Source of the DNA: Squalus acanthias
Taxonomy: Eukaryota
Direction: 5' to 3'
Assembly (NCBI GenBank): GCA_030390025.1
Contig: JASTWF010000033.1
Span: 6,512,001 to 6,576,000, forward strand
DNA: 64,000 bases
Part shown: in pieces, positions 25,000 to 36,629 of the stretch
How the letters are laid out: each line of letters begins with the position of its first letter
How positions within the stretch are numbered: position 1 is the first letter of the stretch
The notes under the pieces: model-generated
What the model saw: the letters and a program-made list of their open reading frames with translations, nothing else
Told to the model about the DNA's origin: nothing
The model's database searches: none
Translations under genes and position numbers: made by a program

Positions 25000-25916
25000 T
25001 TCACAGGAAGTTAAATGTTGTGTCAATCTTTTGGAGGATGTTCTAACCACGGATGGAATGGCCCCTCCCGCTTATTGCTCACTTCGGGGCATGGGACACG
25101 ACCAGATCTCGGAGCTCAGGTTGTGTTAATGTAAAGCTGGAGTGTTCATCAAGATACAAAGATGACACACCCGTGGGGATCTCACAGTGTTGGACACAGC
25201 GTGAAATGCACTGAAATGTTCATATAAAGTTACAGAATACAACACATGTGTAAAATTCCCCGTGTCTTTCTCGGCACTGATGGATTGTGAAGGGGGAGAC
25301 TGGCCGAAGTCCAACTGAGACGCACTGATCCCGATCCACTCTACAACAGCAGGAATGGTGCTGAGCCCCACGCAGAGCTGAAAATGCCCAGGCTCCATCC
25401 CCGGCCTGTGGTCTCTTAATTCCTCACTCAATGGGCTACTGAGCAATACAGGAAGGGCTCAGGCCTGATGAATATCTCAATGCACCGGATAATTTAAAAC
25501 TGCCTGCGGCCCAGACACGCTCTTGTTCCAGTCTTGCACACGTTGCTAAGTTTCAAATGTGGCATTTTTAACACTGGCAATGAATTGATTGATAGCCATG
25601 CTGTGATATGCTAAGGTTGTTGGGGAGATGCAGTTCAAGAAGATGCCTGCAAGAATGAGAATAACCGTGACTGTTCTGACACTGTGAGCTGCAGTTAAAT
25701 GTGGGCATGTAAACATTTAATGTGCCTCGTTCCGAATGTTGACAGAAAGGGCTATTCAGTTCCTGCTGACTTTTTTTGAAACAGCTGGCATTTTACAGAA
25801 GGCAAGGACATGTATTTTGTCTCGCTTTACCGAATGACGAATGAACTAGGCTGAAAAAAATCGATTGTAGCTAATTCCTCAAGATGTAATTGAACGTAAA
25901 AGTGAAAAAATACCGT

Positions 25917-25998
25917 ATATCAGGAGACGAATTCGAACCCACGCCCAGAAAAAACTATAACCTAACCACAGTGTCTTAGACCGCTCGGCCAGCCTGAA
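25917..25998 (-). tRNA. tRNA-Leu (CAG-type body, anticodon now reads TAG), probable pseudogene
   Basis: Reverse complement TCAGGCTGGCCGAGCGGTCTAAGAC...GGCGTGGGTTCGAAT...CTCCTGATA. Confidence 0.85.
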
Positions 25999-26522
25999 GC
26001 AAGAAATTGGAATGAACAAATAAAAGAAAAATAGTTAGGAGTTTTGTGAATCTTTGGAAATGCTTTGGGAAACGGAATGAGAGGAGAATGAAGGGTTGAA
26101 ATGCCCGACTGTCCAGGGGCGGTCAAGGCACCTTTCCCTGGTTTCAGATACAGGAACATTTACTCTGATGTTAGCGGGGAAGTTAACTAATCGGAGCCAT
26201 TTAAAAGATTCGCGTTCCTGCAGATCAGGAATTAAAACCTAACACCGGCTTCTGGACAATCAGAATAGTTCATCACAGACAAAGAACCGAATGGCTCGAA
26301 GGGAGATCCGCGCCGGTTGCGGGAGAGCTGGTTGGCGGTCACATGGATGTGTCTGCAATGTCCGGGACCAGGCTGCTGCCAGGTATCCACAATCAATGTT
26401 CCACCTTTTATTTTGGAAAAGTAAAACTGATAGTGGACAAGTTCCACCCTGATCGGAGCAATCTGAAGCGTTAACTAATTGACACCCTGGTTTAGGAAGC
26501 CTTACAAAAGGGGTTTGCATCT

Positions 26523-26596
26523 TTTTCTGTGGTGCAATTGTTTAGCGCGTTCGGCTGTTGATTTAAAGTTTGGTGGTTCGAATCCACCCAGGGACG
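26523..26596 (+). tRNA. tRNA-Asn(GTT), degenerate, probable pseudogene
   Basis: TCTGTGGTGCAATTGTTTAGCGCGTTCGGCTGTT...GGTGGTTCGAATCCACCCAGGGACG; T run ~13 nt downstream; anticodon stem disrupted. Confidence 0.9.
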
Positions 26597-26918
26597 AAGT
26601 CTGTAACTGTTTTTTTTCCCCTGAGGATTCAGTGCCACACACTTACAGGTTGTTAATGTGCGCTTTGGCTGCAAGAACATAGTCCACAAACATTGCCAGG
26701 GGTGCTGTTATCCACTGAGTTCCCACTCAATACTTTTGCGAGTATTAATTTCACGTAAAATTATGACAAAATCTGGATGTATCATATCCCTCCATCCAAC
26801 TCATTGGAAATAAATTATGCTATTGGGTTTAAAGGAACTGATGGAAATTGATTCTAGGAATGTATATATTGAACTGGAACACGTACTTGCCCCGTGTGAG
26901 GCTACATTTAACTGTTGG

Positions 26919-27290
26919 CTTGAGCACACACATCTAGGCAGACACTCCAGTGCAGTATTAAGGGCGAGCTGCAATGTCGGAGGTGCCGTCTTTTGAATGA
27001 GAAGTTAAACCGAGGCCTCGTCTGCTCTCTCAGGTGGATGTAACAGATTCCATGGCACTATTTCGAAGAAGAGCAGGGGAGTTTTCCCCGGTGCCCTGGG
27101 GCCAATATTTATCCCTCAAACAACATCACTAAAACAGATAATCTGGTCATTGTCACATTGCTGTTTCTGGGCGCTTGCTGCCGCGTTTCCTACATTACAA
27201 CAGTGACTGCACTTCAAAAAGTACTTCATTGGTTGTAAACCGCTTTGAGACATCCGGTGGTGGTGAAAGGTGCTTTAGAAATGCAATACT
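26919..27290 (+). mobile_element. Deu-domain SINE (SacSINE1/AmnSINE1-like), 5'-truncated
   Basis: GGAGGTGCCGTCTTT...GTTAAACCGAGGCC...CTCAGGTGGATGTAA...CATGGCACTATTTCGAAGAAGAGCAGGGGAG core; GGTGCTTTAGAAATGCAA tail. Confidence 0.85.
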
Positions 27291-27419
27291 TAAATATTCG
27301 AACTTGTGCTAACTTCACTGCTATTGAATTCTATTGCATTAGAAATCAACCCCAGTTCCTTGCAAGTATTTTAATTGCTTTGCTGACCAGCGATACTGAT
27401 TTAATTATTTATTCACCTG

Positions 27420-27584
27420 CTCTTTCCCCGCTATTTTTAATAAAATCAAGTATACTTTCCAAATCCCATTTGAATCTTACTGATGTCTCTGCTTCCACCA
27501 TCCTTTCAGGCAGAGTATTCCAAATCACAACAACTTGCTTTAAAAAAAAGTCCTCCTCATGTTGTCTCTGGTTCTTTTGCCAAT
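27420..27584 (-). mobile_element. CR1 3' fragment split by the Penelope insertion (continues ~32884-33010)
   Basis: FFLKQVVVIWNTLPERMVEA on the minus strand; resumes after the TSD. Confidence 0.8.
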
Positions 27585-27671
27585 GATGCGGAGATGCCGG
27601 TGTTGGACTGGGGTGGACAAAATTGAGAGGTCGCACAACTCCAGGTTATAGTCCAACAGTTTTATTTGAAA

Positions 27672-27713
27672 TCACAAGCTTTCGGAGCTATCGATTGCTC
27701 CTTCCTCAGGTGA
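27672..27713 (-). ncRNA. Minimal type I hammerhead-like motif in Penelope pLTR
   Basis: Reverse complement UCAC-CUGAGGA-A-GGAGC(aaucgaua)GCUCC-GAAA-GC-UU-GUGA. Confidence 0.7.
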
Positions 27714-28196
27714 AGTAAATTAGATACAGAATCGCCAAAGCATATATAGATAGAAAACAAAGCATGTGTACCTTACAATTGCAGACCACTAAATTAAATC
27801 ATCCCGACTATCTGCCGAGGTGTGATAAAGTTAATTAAGTCAGCCAGGAAGGTACCACATCAAAGACATAGCAAGATACAACTGAGACAATGAGGTGTAG
27901 TCGCAGGGGTTCTAACGTGTCTAAAGCTGCCGTCTGTATGTAAAACGAAAAGCTTTAAAATTTTTACTTTTTTACTGGGAAAATTTTTACTTTTTTACTG
28001 GGAATCACATCTGTGAACAAGCTAACGACGACTCGAGTCCGGATCACGTCATGTATCGTGACATAAACCCAAGATCCCGATTGAGACCGTCTTCATGAGT
28101 GCGGAACTTGGCTATCAGTTTCTGCTCGATGATTTTGCGTTGTCGTGTGTTTCTAAGGTTGCCTTGGAGAATGCTTACCCGCAGATCCGAGGCTGA

Positions 28197-29330
28197 ATGT
28201 CCTTGACTGCTGAAGTGTTCCCCGACTGGGAGGTAACAATCCTGCCTGGCGATTGTTGCGCGGTGCTCGTTCATACGTTGTCTCAGTGTCTGCATGGTCT
28301 CGCCGATGTACCATGCCGCGGTGCATTCTTTCCTGCAACGTATGAGGTAGACAACGTTGGCCGAGTCTCATTCCTGGACACACGAATCTCCATCAAAGAC
28401 GGACACCTCAGCACTTCACTCTACCGCAAGCCCACGGACAACCTCACGATGCTCCACTTCTCCAGCTTCCACCCTAACCATGTTAAAGAAGCCATCCCCT
28501 ATGGACAAGCCCTGCGAATACACAGGATCTGCTCAGACGAGGAGGAACGCGATGGACACCTACGGACGCTGAAAAACGCCCTCGTAAGAACGGGATATGA
28601 CGCTCGACTCATCGATCGACAGTTCCGACGGGCCACAGCGAAAAATCGCATAGACCTCCTCAGAAGGCAAACACGGGACACAACCAACAGGGTACCCTAC
28701 GTCGTCCAATACTTCCCCGGAGCGGAGAAACTACGCCATGTTCTTCGCAGCCTTCAACATGTCATCGATGACGACAAACACCTCGCTAAGGCCATCCCCA
28801 CGCCTCCACTACTTGCTTTCAAACAGCCGCCTAACCTCAGAAGTACCATCGTTCGCAGCAAATTACCCAGCTTTCAGGATAACAGCGACCACGACACCAC
28901 ACAACCCTGCCATGGCAAACTCTGCAAGACATGCCAGATCATCAACACAGTTACCACCATCACACGTGAGGGCACTACCCACCAGGTACATGGTACATAC
29001 TCATGTGACTCGGCCAACGTTGTCTACCTCATACGTTGCAGGAAAGAATGCACCGCGGCATGGTACATCGGCGAGACCATGCATACACTGAGACAACGTA
29101 TGAACGAGCACCGCGCAACAATCGCCAGGCAGGATTGTTACCTCCCAGTCGGGGAACACTTCAGCAGTCAAGGACATTCAGCCTCGGATCTGCGGGTAAG
29201 CGTTCTCCAAGGCAACCTTAGAAACACACGACAACGCAAAATCATCGAGCAGAAACTGATAGCCAAGTTCCGCACTCATGAAGACGGTCTCAATCGGGAT
29301 CTTGGGTTTATGTCACGATACATGACGTGA
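28197..29330 (+). CDS. Chimeric ORF: antisense junction sequence fused to the Penelope thumb and an intact GIY-YIG domain
   Basis: Open frame runs across the inversion junction at 28365-28367; the C-terminus lacks the premature stop. Confidence 0.4.
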   Translation: MSLTAEVFPDWEVTILPGDCCAVLVHTLSQCLHGLADVPCRGAFFPATYEVDNVGRVSFLDTRISIKDGHLSTSLYRKPTDNLTMLHFSSFHPNHVKEAIPYGQALRIHRICSDEEERDGHLRTLKNALVRTGYDARLIDRQFRRATAKNRIDLLRRQTRDTTNRVPYVVQYFPGAEKLRHVLRSLQHVIDDDKHLAKAIPTPPLLAFKQPPNLRSTIVRSKLPSFQDNSDHDTTQPCHGKLCKTCQIINTVTTITREGTTHQVHGTYSCDSANVVYLIRCRKECTAAWYIGETMHTLRQRMNEHRATIARQDCYLPVGEHFSSQGHSASDLRVSVLQGNLRNTRQRKIIEQKLIAKFRTHEDGLNRDLGFMSRYMT

Positions 29331-29660
29331 TCCGGACTCGAGTCGTCGTTAGCTTGTTCACAGATGTGATTCCCAGTAAAAAAGTAAAAATTTTCCCAGT
29401 AAAAAAGTAAAAATTTTAAAGCTTTTCGTTTTACATACAGACGGCAGCTTTTGACACGTTAGAACCCCTGCGACTACACCTCATTGTCTCAGTTGTATCT
29501 TGCTATGTCTTTGATGTGGTACCTTCCTGGCTGACTTAATTAACTTTATCACACCTCGGCAGATAGTCAGGATGATTTAATTTAGTGGTCTGCAATTGTA
29601 AGGTACACATGCTTTGTTTTCTATCTATATATGCTTTGGCGATTCTGTATCTAATTTACT

Positions 29661-29702
29661 TCAACTGAGGAAGGAGCAATCGATAGCTCCGAAATCTTGT
29701 GA
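29661..29702 (+). ncRNA. Minimal hammerhead-like motif, mutated copy
   Basis: Same core, but UCAA in helix I and GAAAUCUU breaks the AAGCUU palindrome. Confidence 0.6.
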
Positions 29703-29789
29703 TTTCAAATAAAACTGTTGGACTATAACCTGGTGTTGTGCGACCTCTCAATTTTGTCCACCCCAGTCCAACACCGCCATCTCCGCATC

Positions 29790-32468
29790 ATGACCACTAT
29801 CGACACCACAAACTGCCGGCTCAAAGTGGAGAGAATCGCCAAGAAGATCGCGCATATCGACACCGACATCAAGTATCTACAGAGATGCAAGAAAGCAGAC
29901 AAGATCCCGAAAGGACTACAGATCACGAACGCACTCAAGTCGACATACAACACAGACTACGCTGAGAGACTCTGCCGTCGTACCTCTCGCACACTCCTCA
30001 ACCATCTCGTACACCAGCTCTACAGCAAACGCCACAACCTCGAAACCAAGATAGAGTCCATGCTCTCAGCCTGTGCTCAGGACACAGCAGACCAGTTACG
30101 AGACACCACCAAACAGACGAGGCAACAGAACTACGCTGCCTACATGCGCATCAAGAACAGGAAGCTGGAGAAACTCGGCATCACCACCAGCAGCAACCAA
30201 GCCTCCCCCGGTACCACGGCTGCAACCACAGGGAAGTCCATCGTCAACTTGTCCGACCATACCCTTCAACCAGACGAAATCGAAGTTCTCGCCCTAGGGC
30301 TCAAGTTCTGCCCAACCTCCAAAATGGACCCCATCGGTCTCGCGGCAGACACGGAGGAATTCATCAGGAGAATGAGGCTCCGGGAATACTTCCACAAATC
30401 CCAAGATGTCAGCAACAAACCCAATGAGACAATCAATGATCCAGAACAGCAGACAGAGGGACTCGCGGTGCAGCAACCGAAGAAAAAAGAGTCAAACTGG
30501 ACCCCTCCGGAGGGTCGCTGCCCCAAGCTTGACATGTATGCTCAAGCTGTCAGGAGATGCATCAACGCCAGATTCATCAGCCGCACTCACAAGACAGTCC
30601 AGAATGTCACCCGAGCACAACGCAACGCCATCCACGCTCTCAAGACCAACCGCAACATTGTCATCAAACCAGCGGACAAAGGAGGAGCCATCGTCATACA
30701 GAACAGAACGGACTATTGTAAAGAAGCATACCGACAACTGGACAACCAGGAACACTACAGACAGCTACCCGCAGATCCGACCAAAGAACACACCCGCCAA
30801 CTCAATAGACTGATCAAGACCTTCGATCCAGACCTTCAAAACATCCTACGCGCTCTCATCCCACGTACTCCCCGCGTGGGAGACTTCTACTGCCTCCCAA
30901 AGATACACAAAGCCAACACACCCGGACGTCCTATCGTATCAGGCAATGGAACCCTGTGTGAGAACCTCTCTGGATACGTCGAGGGCATTCTGAAACCCAT
31001 CGTACAGGGAACCCCCAGCTTCTGTCGCGACACTACAGACTTCTTACAGAAACTCAGCACCCACGGACCAGTTGAACCAGGAACACTCCTTGCCACGATG
31101 GACGTATCGGCACTCTACACCAGTATCCCCCACGATGACGGCATCGCTGCAACAGCCTCAGTACTCAACATCAACAACAGCCAATCTCCAGACGCCATCC
31201 TACAACTCATCCGCTTCATCCTTGACCACAATGTCTTCACCTTCGACAACCATTTTTTTACCCAAACACACGAAACAACCATGGGGACCAAATTCGCACC
31301 CCAATACGCCAACATCTTCATGCACAAGTTCGAGCAAGACTTCTTCGCTGCACAGGACCTCCAGCCAACGCTGTACACCAGATACATCGACGACATTTTC
31401 TTCCTTTGGACCCATGGCGAAGGATCACTGAAAAGACTACACGATAACATAAACAAGTTCCATCCCACCATCAAACTCACCATGGACTACTCCTCAGAAT
31501 CGGTCTCATTCCTGGACACACGAATCTCCATCAAAGACGGACACCTCAGCACTTCACTCTACCGCAAGCCCACGGACAATCTCACGATGCTCCACTTCTC
31601 CAGCTTCCACCCTAACCATGTTAAAGAAGCCATCCCCTATGGACAAGCCCTGCGAATACACAGGATCTGCTCAGACGAGGAGGAACGCGATGGACACCTA
31701 CGGACGCTGAAAAACGCCCTCGTAAGAACGGGATATGACGCTCGACTCATCGATCGACAGTTCCGACGGGCAACAGCGAAAAATCGCATAGACCTCCTCA
31801 GAAGGCAAACACGGGACACAACCAACAGGGTACCCTACGTCGTCCAGTACTTCCCCGGAGCGGAGAAACTACGCCATGTTCTTCGCAGCCTTCAACATGT
31901 CATCGATGACGACAAACACCTCGCTAAGGCCATCCCCACGCCTCCACTACTTGCTTTCAAACAGCTGCCTAACCTCAGAAGTACCATCGTTCACAGCAAA
32001 TTACCCAGCTTTCAGGATAACAGCGACCACGACACCACACAACCCTGCCATGGCAAACTCTGCAAGACATGCCAGATCATCAACACAGATACCACCATCA
32101 CACGTGAGGACACTACCCACCAGGTACATGGTACATACTCATGTGACTCGGCCAACGTTGTCTACCTCATACGTTGCAGGAAAGAATGCACCGTGGCATG
32201 GTACATCGGCGAGACCATGCAGACACTGAGACAACGTATGAACGAGCACCGCGCAACAATCGCCAGGCAGGATTGTTACCTCCCAGTCGGGGAACACTTC
32301 AGCAGTCAATGACATTCAGCCTCGGATCTGCGGGTAAGAGTTCTCCAAGGCAACCTTAGAAACACACGACAACGCAAAATCATCGAGCAGAAACTGATAG
32401 CCAAGTTCCGCACTCATGAAGACGGTCTCAATCGGGATCTTGGGTTTATGTCACGATACATGACGTGA
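29790..32468 (+). pseudogene. Penelope RT + GIY-YIG endonuclease ORF (~892 codons) with one premature stop at 32310
   Basis: IKPADKGGAIV, LPKIHK, GRPIVS, MDVSALYTSI, RYIDDIF, NVVYLIRC...YIGET. TGA at 32310 reads GGA in the other two copies. Confidence 0.95.
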
Positions 32469-32798
32469 TCCGGACTCGAGTCGTCGTTAGCTTGTTCACA
32501 GATGTGATTCCCAGTAAAAAAGTAAAAATTTTCCCAGTAAAAAAGTAAACATTTTAAAGCTTTTCGTTTTACATACAGACGGCAGCTTTTGACACGTTAG
32601 AACCCCTGCGACTACACCTCATTGTCTCAGTTGTATCTTGCTATGTCTTTGATGTGGTACCTTCCTGGCTGACTTAATTAACTTTATCACACCTCGGCAG
32701 ATAGTCAGGATGATTTAATTTAGTGGTCTGCAATTGTAAGGTACACATGCTTTGTTTTCTATCTATATATGCTTTGGCGATTCTGTATCTAATTTACT

Positions 32799-32840
32799 TC
32801 ACCTGAGGAAGGAGCAATCGATAGCTCCGAAAGCTTGTGA
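32799..32840 (+). ncRNA. Minimal type I hammerhead-like motif in Penelope pLTR
   Basis: TCAC CTGAGGA A GGAGC AATCGATA GCTCC GAAA GC TT GTGA. Confidence 0.72.
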
Positions 32841-33159
32841 TTTCAAATAAAACTGTTGGACTATAACCTGGTCTTTTGCCAATAACATTGAATCTGTGTC
32901 CTCTGGTTACCGACCTCACTGCCACTGGAAACAGTTGCTACTTGTTTACTCGGTAAAAGCAATTTAAGATTTTGATCACCTCGATCGAACCTCCTCTTAA
33001 ACTTCTCTGCCCAAAGGATTTCCTGGGAATTTAGGGTCTAATTTAGCCACCACTGATATTGTATACAATTAATGCAAAATATAGCAGTAAACTGAGTATT
33101 GAGACAACTGTATATACAGGAATTAGGTGCAGTTATTAGGTGTTATATGAATGTGTTTT

Positions 33160-33610
33160 CAACCGAAGCTCAGTCACGATCTCATTGAATGGCGGAGCAG
33201 GCTCGAAGGGCCCAATGGCCTATTCCTGCTCCTATTTCTCATGTTCTTATTTTGCCCAGTCAGTCTACGTCCTCCTGAAGTCTGTTACTGTCCTTCTCAT
33301 TGTGTACTACATTTCCGAATTTCATTTCATTTGCAAAATATAATATTATGTTGTTTATACCCAACTCTAGATCAATAATATGTATAAAAAAGACCAGTAC
33401 GCCTAAAAGCGACCCCTGGGGTATACCTCCATCCAGTCTGAAAAACAACAGCTCACCACTACTCTCTACTTTCTGTTCTTTCGGCAATTTGCTATCCATA
33501 CTGCCCTGGCGCTTTAATCCCATGGCCTAAAATTTTACGTATACGTTTATTATGTGATATTTTAACGAACGCCTTTTGAAAGTCCATATACACAACATAA
33601 AACACACTAC
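33160..33610. mobile_element. CR1 pieces: short 3' tail on + (~33160-33250) and RT fragment on - (~33260-33610)
   Basis: GGCGGAGCAGGCTCGAAGGG tail; GIPQGSLLG and FANEMKFG on the minus strand. Confidence 0.8.
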
Positions 33611-33884
33611 CATCATGATGTGTCTATTTTCCTATCAAACTGCATCACCGTGAATTCATCGATGTTTAAGTTCACTTACCAATTAGCAGCATAGTCTGCA
33701 AATTTTCTAATTGTGTGATGTCTTCTAGGGAAATGTTTCTTCAATATTTGAAGTGAAGCATCAGTTGCAGTGAATAAAATCAATAATAATTAATGAAGAC
33801 AGATATCTACAACTGTGTGAGAGATTGCAAATGTATCTCTCTTTGCGACTTCCAGTATCAATTTATGCATCCAAAATCCTCAGG

Positions 33885-34530
33885 TCATAACCACCTCACC
33901 TAATATCCTCAGCTCCACCACACTCACCTAATATCTTCAGGACCTCCCCACGCCACCTAATATCCTCAGCTCCTCCCTAGCCCATCTAATATCCTCAGCT
34001 CCTCCCCACCCCACCTAATATCCACAGCTCCCCCCCACCCCACCTAATATTCCCAGCTCCTCCACACCCAAATTAATATCCTCAGCTCCTCCCCACCCTA
34101 CCTAATATCTTCAGCTCCAACCACAATAACTAATATCCTCAGCTCCTCCCAACATCATCGAAAATCCGCAGATCCAACCACCCCACCTAATATCCTCAGC
34201 TCTTCCCAATCACATCTAACATCCTCAGCTCCTCCCCACCCACTACTGCTTTTCGAAGAAGTTGGTGAAGATATTATATATTTCAAATAACAGAACTGCT
34301 GTCCTGTTTGCTTCAGCCTCACTTTGTGACATTCGATATCTAATTATGCATCGAACATCCTAAACTCCTCCCCACCCCGCCTAATATCCTCAGCTCCTCC
34401 CCACCCCACCTAATATTTAGAGTTCCTTCCCACCCCACCTAATATCCTCAGCTCCTCCCACCCCAAATAATATCCTCAGCTCCTCCCTACCCAAACTAAT
34501 ATCCTCAGCTCCTCCCCATGCCACCTAATA
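33885..34530. repeat. ~29-bp minisatellite CCACCTAATATCCTCAGCTCCTCCCCACC
   Basis: Visible directly; interrupted at ~34245-34350. Confidence 0.92.
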
Positions 34531-35191
34531 TGTAACCTGCTTTACACTTAATAAAAACCGCTGCTACTGAGTAGAGGTGGAAATTTTGAACGAATTGTGA
34601 GATGATGACAGACAGATTCAAAATGAGGTAGATAAGTGTGCGATCCTTTGTTTGTCTGGATTCAAAATGGAGGACGTCTGTATGTAGTCCTTCGTTTGTA
34701 AGACCACATGGACAGGAAGGGGGTACACAGGGTGAAGAGAAAATCCCGCCCTCCACAGACGTCAAAGGAACATGATCGTATCATACAGAAGGAACACCAA
34801 TCAGGGAAATTAGGGAGTGAAACTGACGAATCAGAGGAAGGCAGCTAAAAAAAACACAAGGGAGCCATGCAGGAGAACATTATAAAGGGAAGCTAAAGCA
34901 GCGTGAAAACTCAGAACAAAGGAAGCTGTTTGACTGTCCAGTCAACTGTTGAAAGCTACCACCAACTCGGATGGATCATGTGTGGAGGAGTGTATGCATG
35001 AAAGTCAGACATTGAGCGTATGTATTGCTGGGGAACGTTTATGTACGCTTCACTTATTAAACTGTGGGCATATATTATGGCCCAAGAATTCGGCCGTTCT
35101 CGGGTGAGTACGCGCTGCGTACCTGCATGCACTGCGCATGCGCGGGAAACCGGCACTTGCGGTATGGCGAAGGGGGCAGTTCCTAGGTGAA

Positions 35192-35728
35192 ATAACAACA
35201 GAAAACGCTGGAAAAACTCAGCAGGCCAGGCAGCATCCGTGGAGAGAGAAAGAGAGTTGACGTTTCAGGTCGATGACCTTTCATCAGAACTGGGAAGAGC
35301 TGGAAATCAAATAGATTTAAGGCCAGGGTAAAGCTGGGAAAAGGGGGAGGGGATAAAGGAACAAAGGAGGAGATGAAGAGACATTAAGAGACATTAAGAG
35401 ATATGCAAGGCTAGAGGTGGTGTTAATGTGACAGATTAAGGCTGAATGAAGTGTGAAATCTACTGGCAGAATGAAGGACAGCTGCCAGCTTCTAGGAGGA
35501 AAAAAAAGGTGGGGGGGACAAATAAAAGGGTGGATAAAATAAAATATAAATGTGATTGGAGCTGAGGTTATGATCTAAAATTGTTGAACTCGATATTGAG
35601 TCCAGAGGGCTGTAGCGTGCCTAAACGAAAGATGAGGTGCTGTTCCTCGAGCTTACGCTGAGCTTCCGTGGAACAGTGTATTAGGCCGAGGACGGTGAGG
35701 TCAGAGTGGGAGTGAAGCGGTGAATTAA
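35192..35728 (-). mobile_element. 5'-truncated Penelope element (second family) inside the MITE
   Basis: 14-bp TSD AGTTCCTAGGTGAA (35178-35191, 35729-35742); minus strand encodes HSHSDLTVLGL...RKLEEQHLIFRLGTLQPSGLN. Confidence 0.9.
35255..35291 (-). ncRNA. Minimal hammerhead motif with canonical core
   Basis: Reverse complement AGUU-CUGAUGA-A-AGGUC(auc)GACCU-GAAA-CG-UC-AACU; GUC triplet. Confidence 0.75.
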
Positions 35729-36611
35729 AGTTCCTAGGTGAACCGTGTGCGCACTAGAGGATGCACGCACACAGCACACGTAGGTTTTTTTTCAGGTTTC
35801 AACGCGAGGGTAAGTATGGAAGATTCTACACAAGTAAAAAGGACGCGCAAGACCCCTTTTGAACAAGGTAAGTAGCTAATTAAGTATAATTTTAATTTTT
35901 TTCAACAGGTTTATCTTTTCTAGAGACTTTAAAGAAAGGTAAGTTTGTTTTTATAACTTTCAAAAAGTATTTTAATTTATTCAAAAATTTAAATTTTTGT
36001 TTAAAGTGATTAATTTATTTAAGTATATTTATTTTATTAATGTGATGGTTTTTTTTTTATTTATTTGAGCTTTAGCTGTTCTTTTGGAGCCGATTTCAAT
36101 TCACAGATTTGACAGGTCTCCTGTCAAATCTATGAATGAAAGATGGTCTGCTGCCATTGGCTCTCCATGGCCCACATGATCCCAGGGGTCGCATCGCACT
36201 AACTGCGCCCCTGGAACACGCAAGCACTGCGCGCCGGCTCTAGGGAGAGGCCCAGGGCCCGAAGTTCCTGTGGGCCCAAAACACAATGGCAGGCGCGGTA
36301 AGTAAGAGCGCGCGCGATCCTTACCCCCTTGGCAAGCCGGCCACCCGAATTTCTAGGCCATTGGTAGGGTACTTATATGTACGCTTGAATTAATAAATTG
36401 TAGCGCATAGATATTGCTGGTGTACTTATATGTATGCACGAATCAATAAACGGTAGGGCATATATATATCTCGGATACTTGTATGTACGCATGAATTAAC
36501 AAACTGTAGTTTGAATAAAGACCAGTTTTATAGATAGCAAACTTATCTGTCACTGTTACGCTTATTTCTAATTCTCGAGGTCCGAACAGCAGTAGGAGTA
36601 AGTCTTACAGA

Positions 36612-36629
36612 TTCGCGACACGAAGGGAC
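36612..36629 (+). promoter_or_regulatory. Degenerate primer-binding site, probably tRNA-Arg
   Basis: TTCGCGACACGAAGGGAC directly after the LTR; resembles TGGCGACCACGAAGGGAC. Confidence 0.6.

Larger units (their letters stand above)
27585..32871 (+). mobile_element. Penelope-like element (Poseidon-type): inverted partial copy, direct 5'-truncated copy and full-length copy
   Basis: TSD TCTTTTGCCAAT at 27573-27584 and 32872-32883. 27585-28367 is the reverse complement of ~29005-29790. 28365-29730 repeats 31503-32870. Confidence 0.96.
35079..36359. mobile_element. Harbinger-type MITE inside the LTR
   Basis: TIRs GGCCCAAGAATTCGG / CCGAATTTCTAGGCC; internal homology to 18788-19530. Confidence 0.8.
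34531..36609 (+). repeat. 5' LTR of element B, with nested insertions
   Basis: TGTAAC...CTTACA termini; AATAAA; segments homologous to 42817-43597. Confidence 0.82.

Noticed and set aside
23487..26596. Functional tRNA genes
   Set aside because: Each has stem-breaking or A/B-box substitutions, so they are reported as probable pseudogenes.
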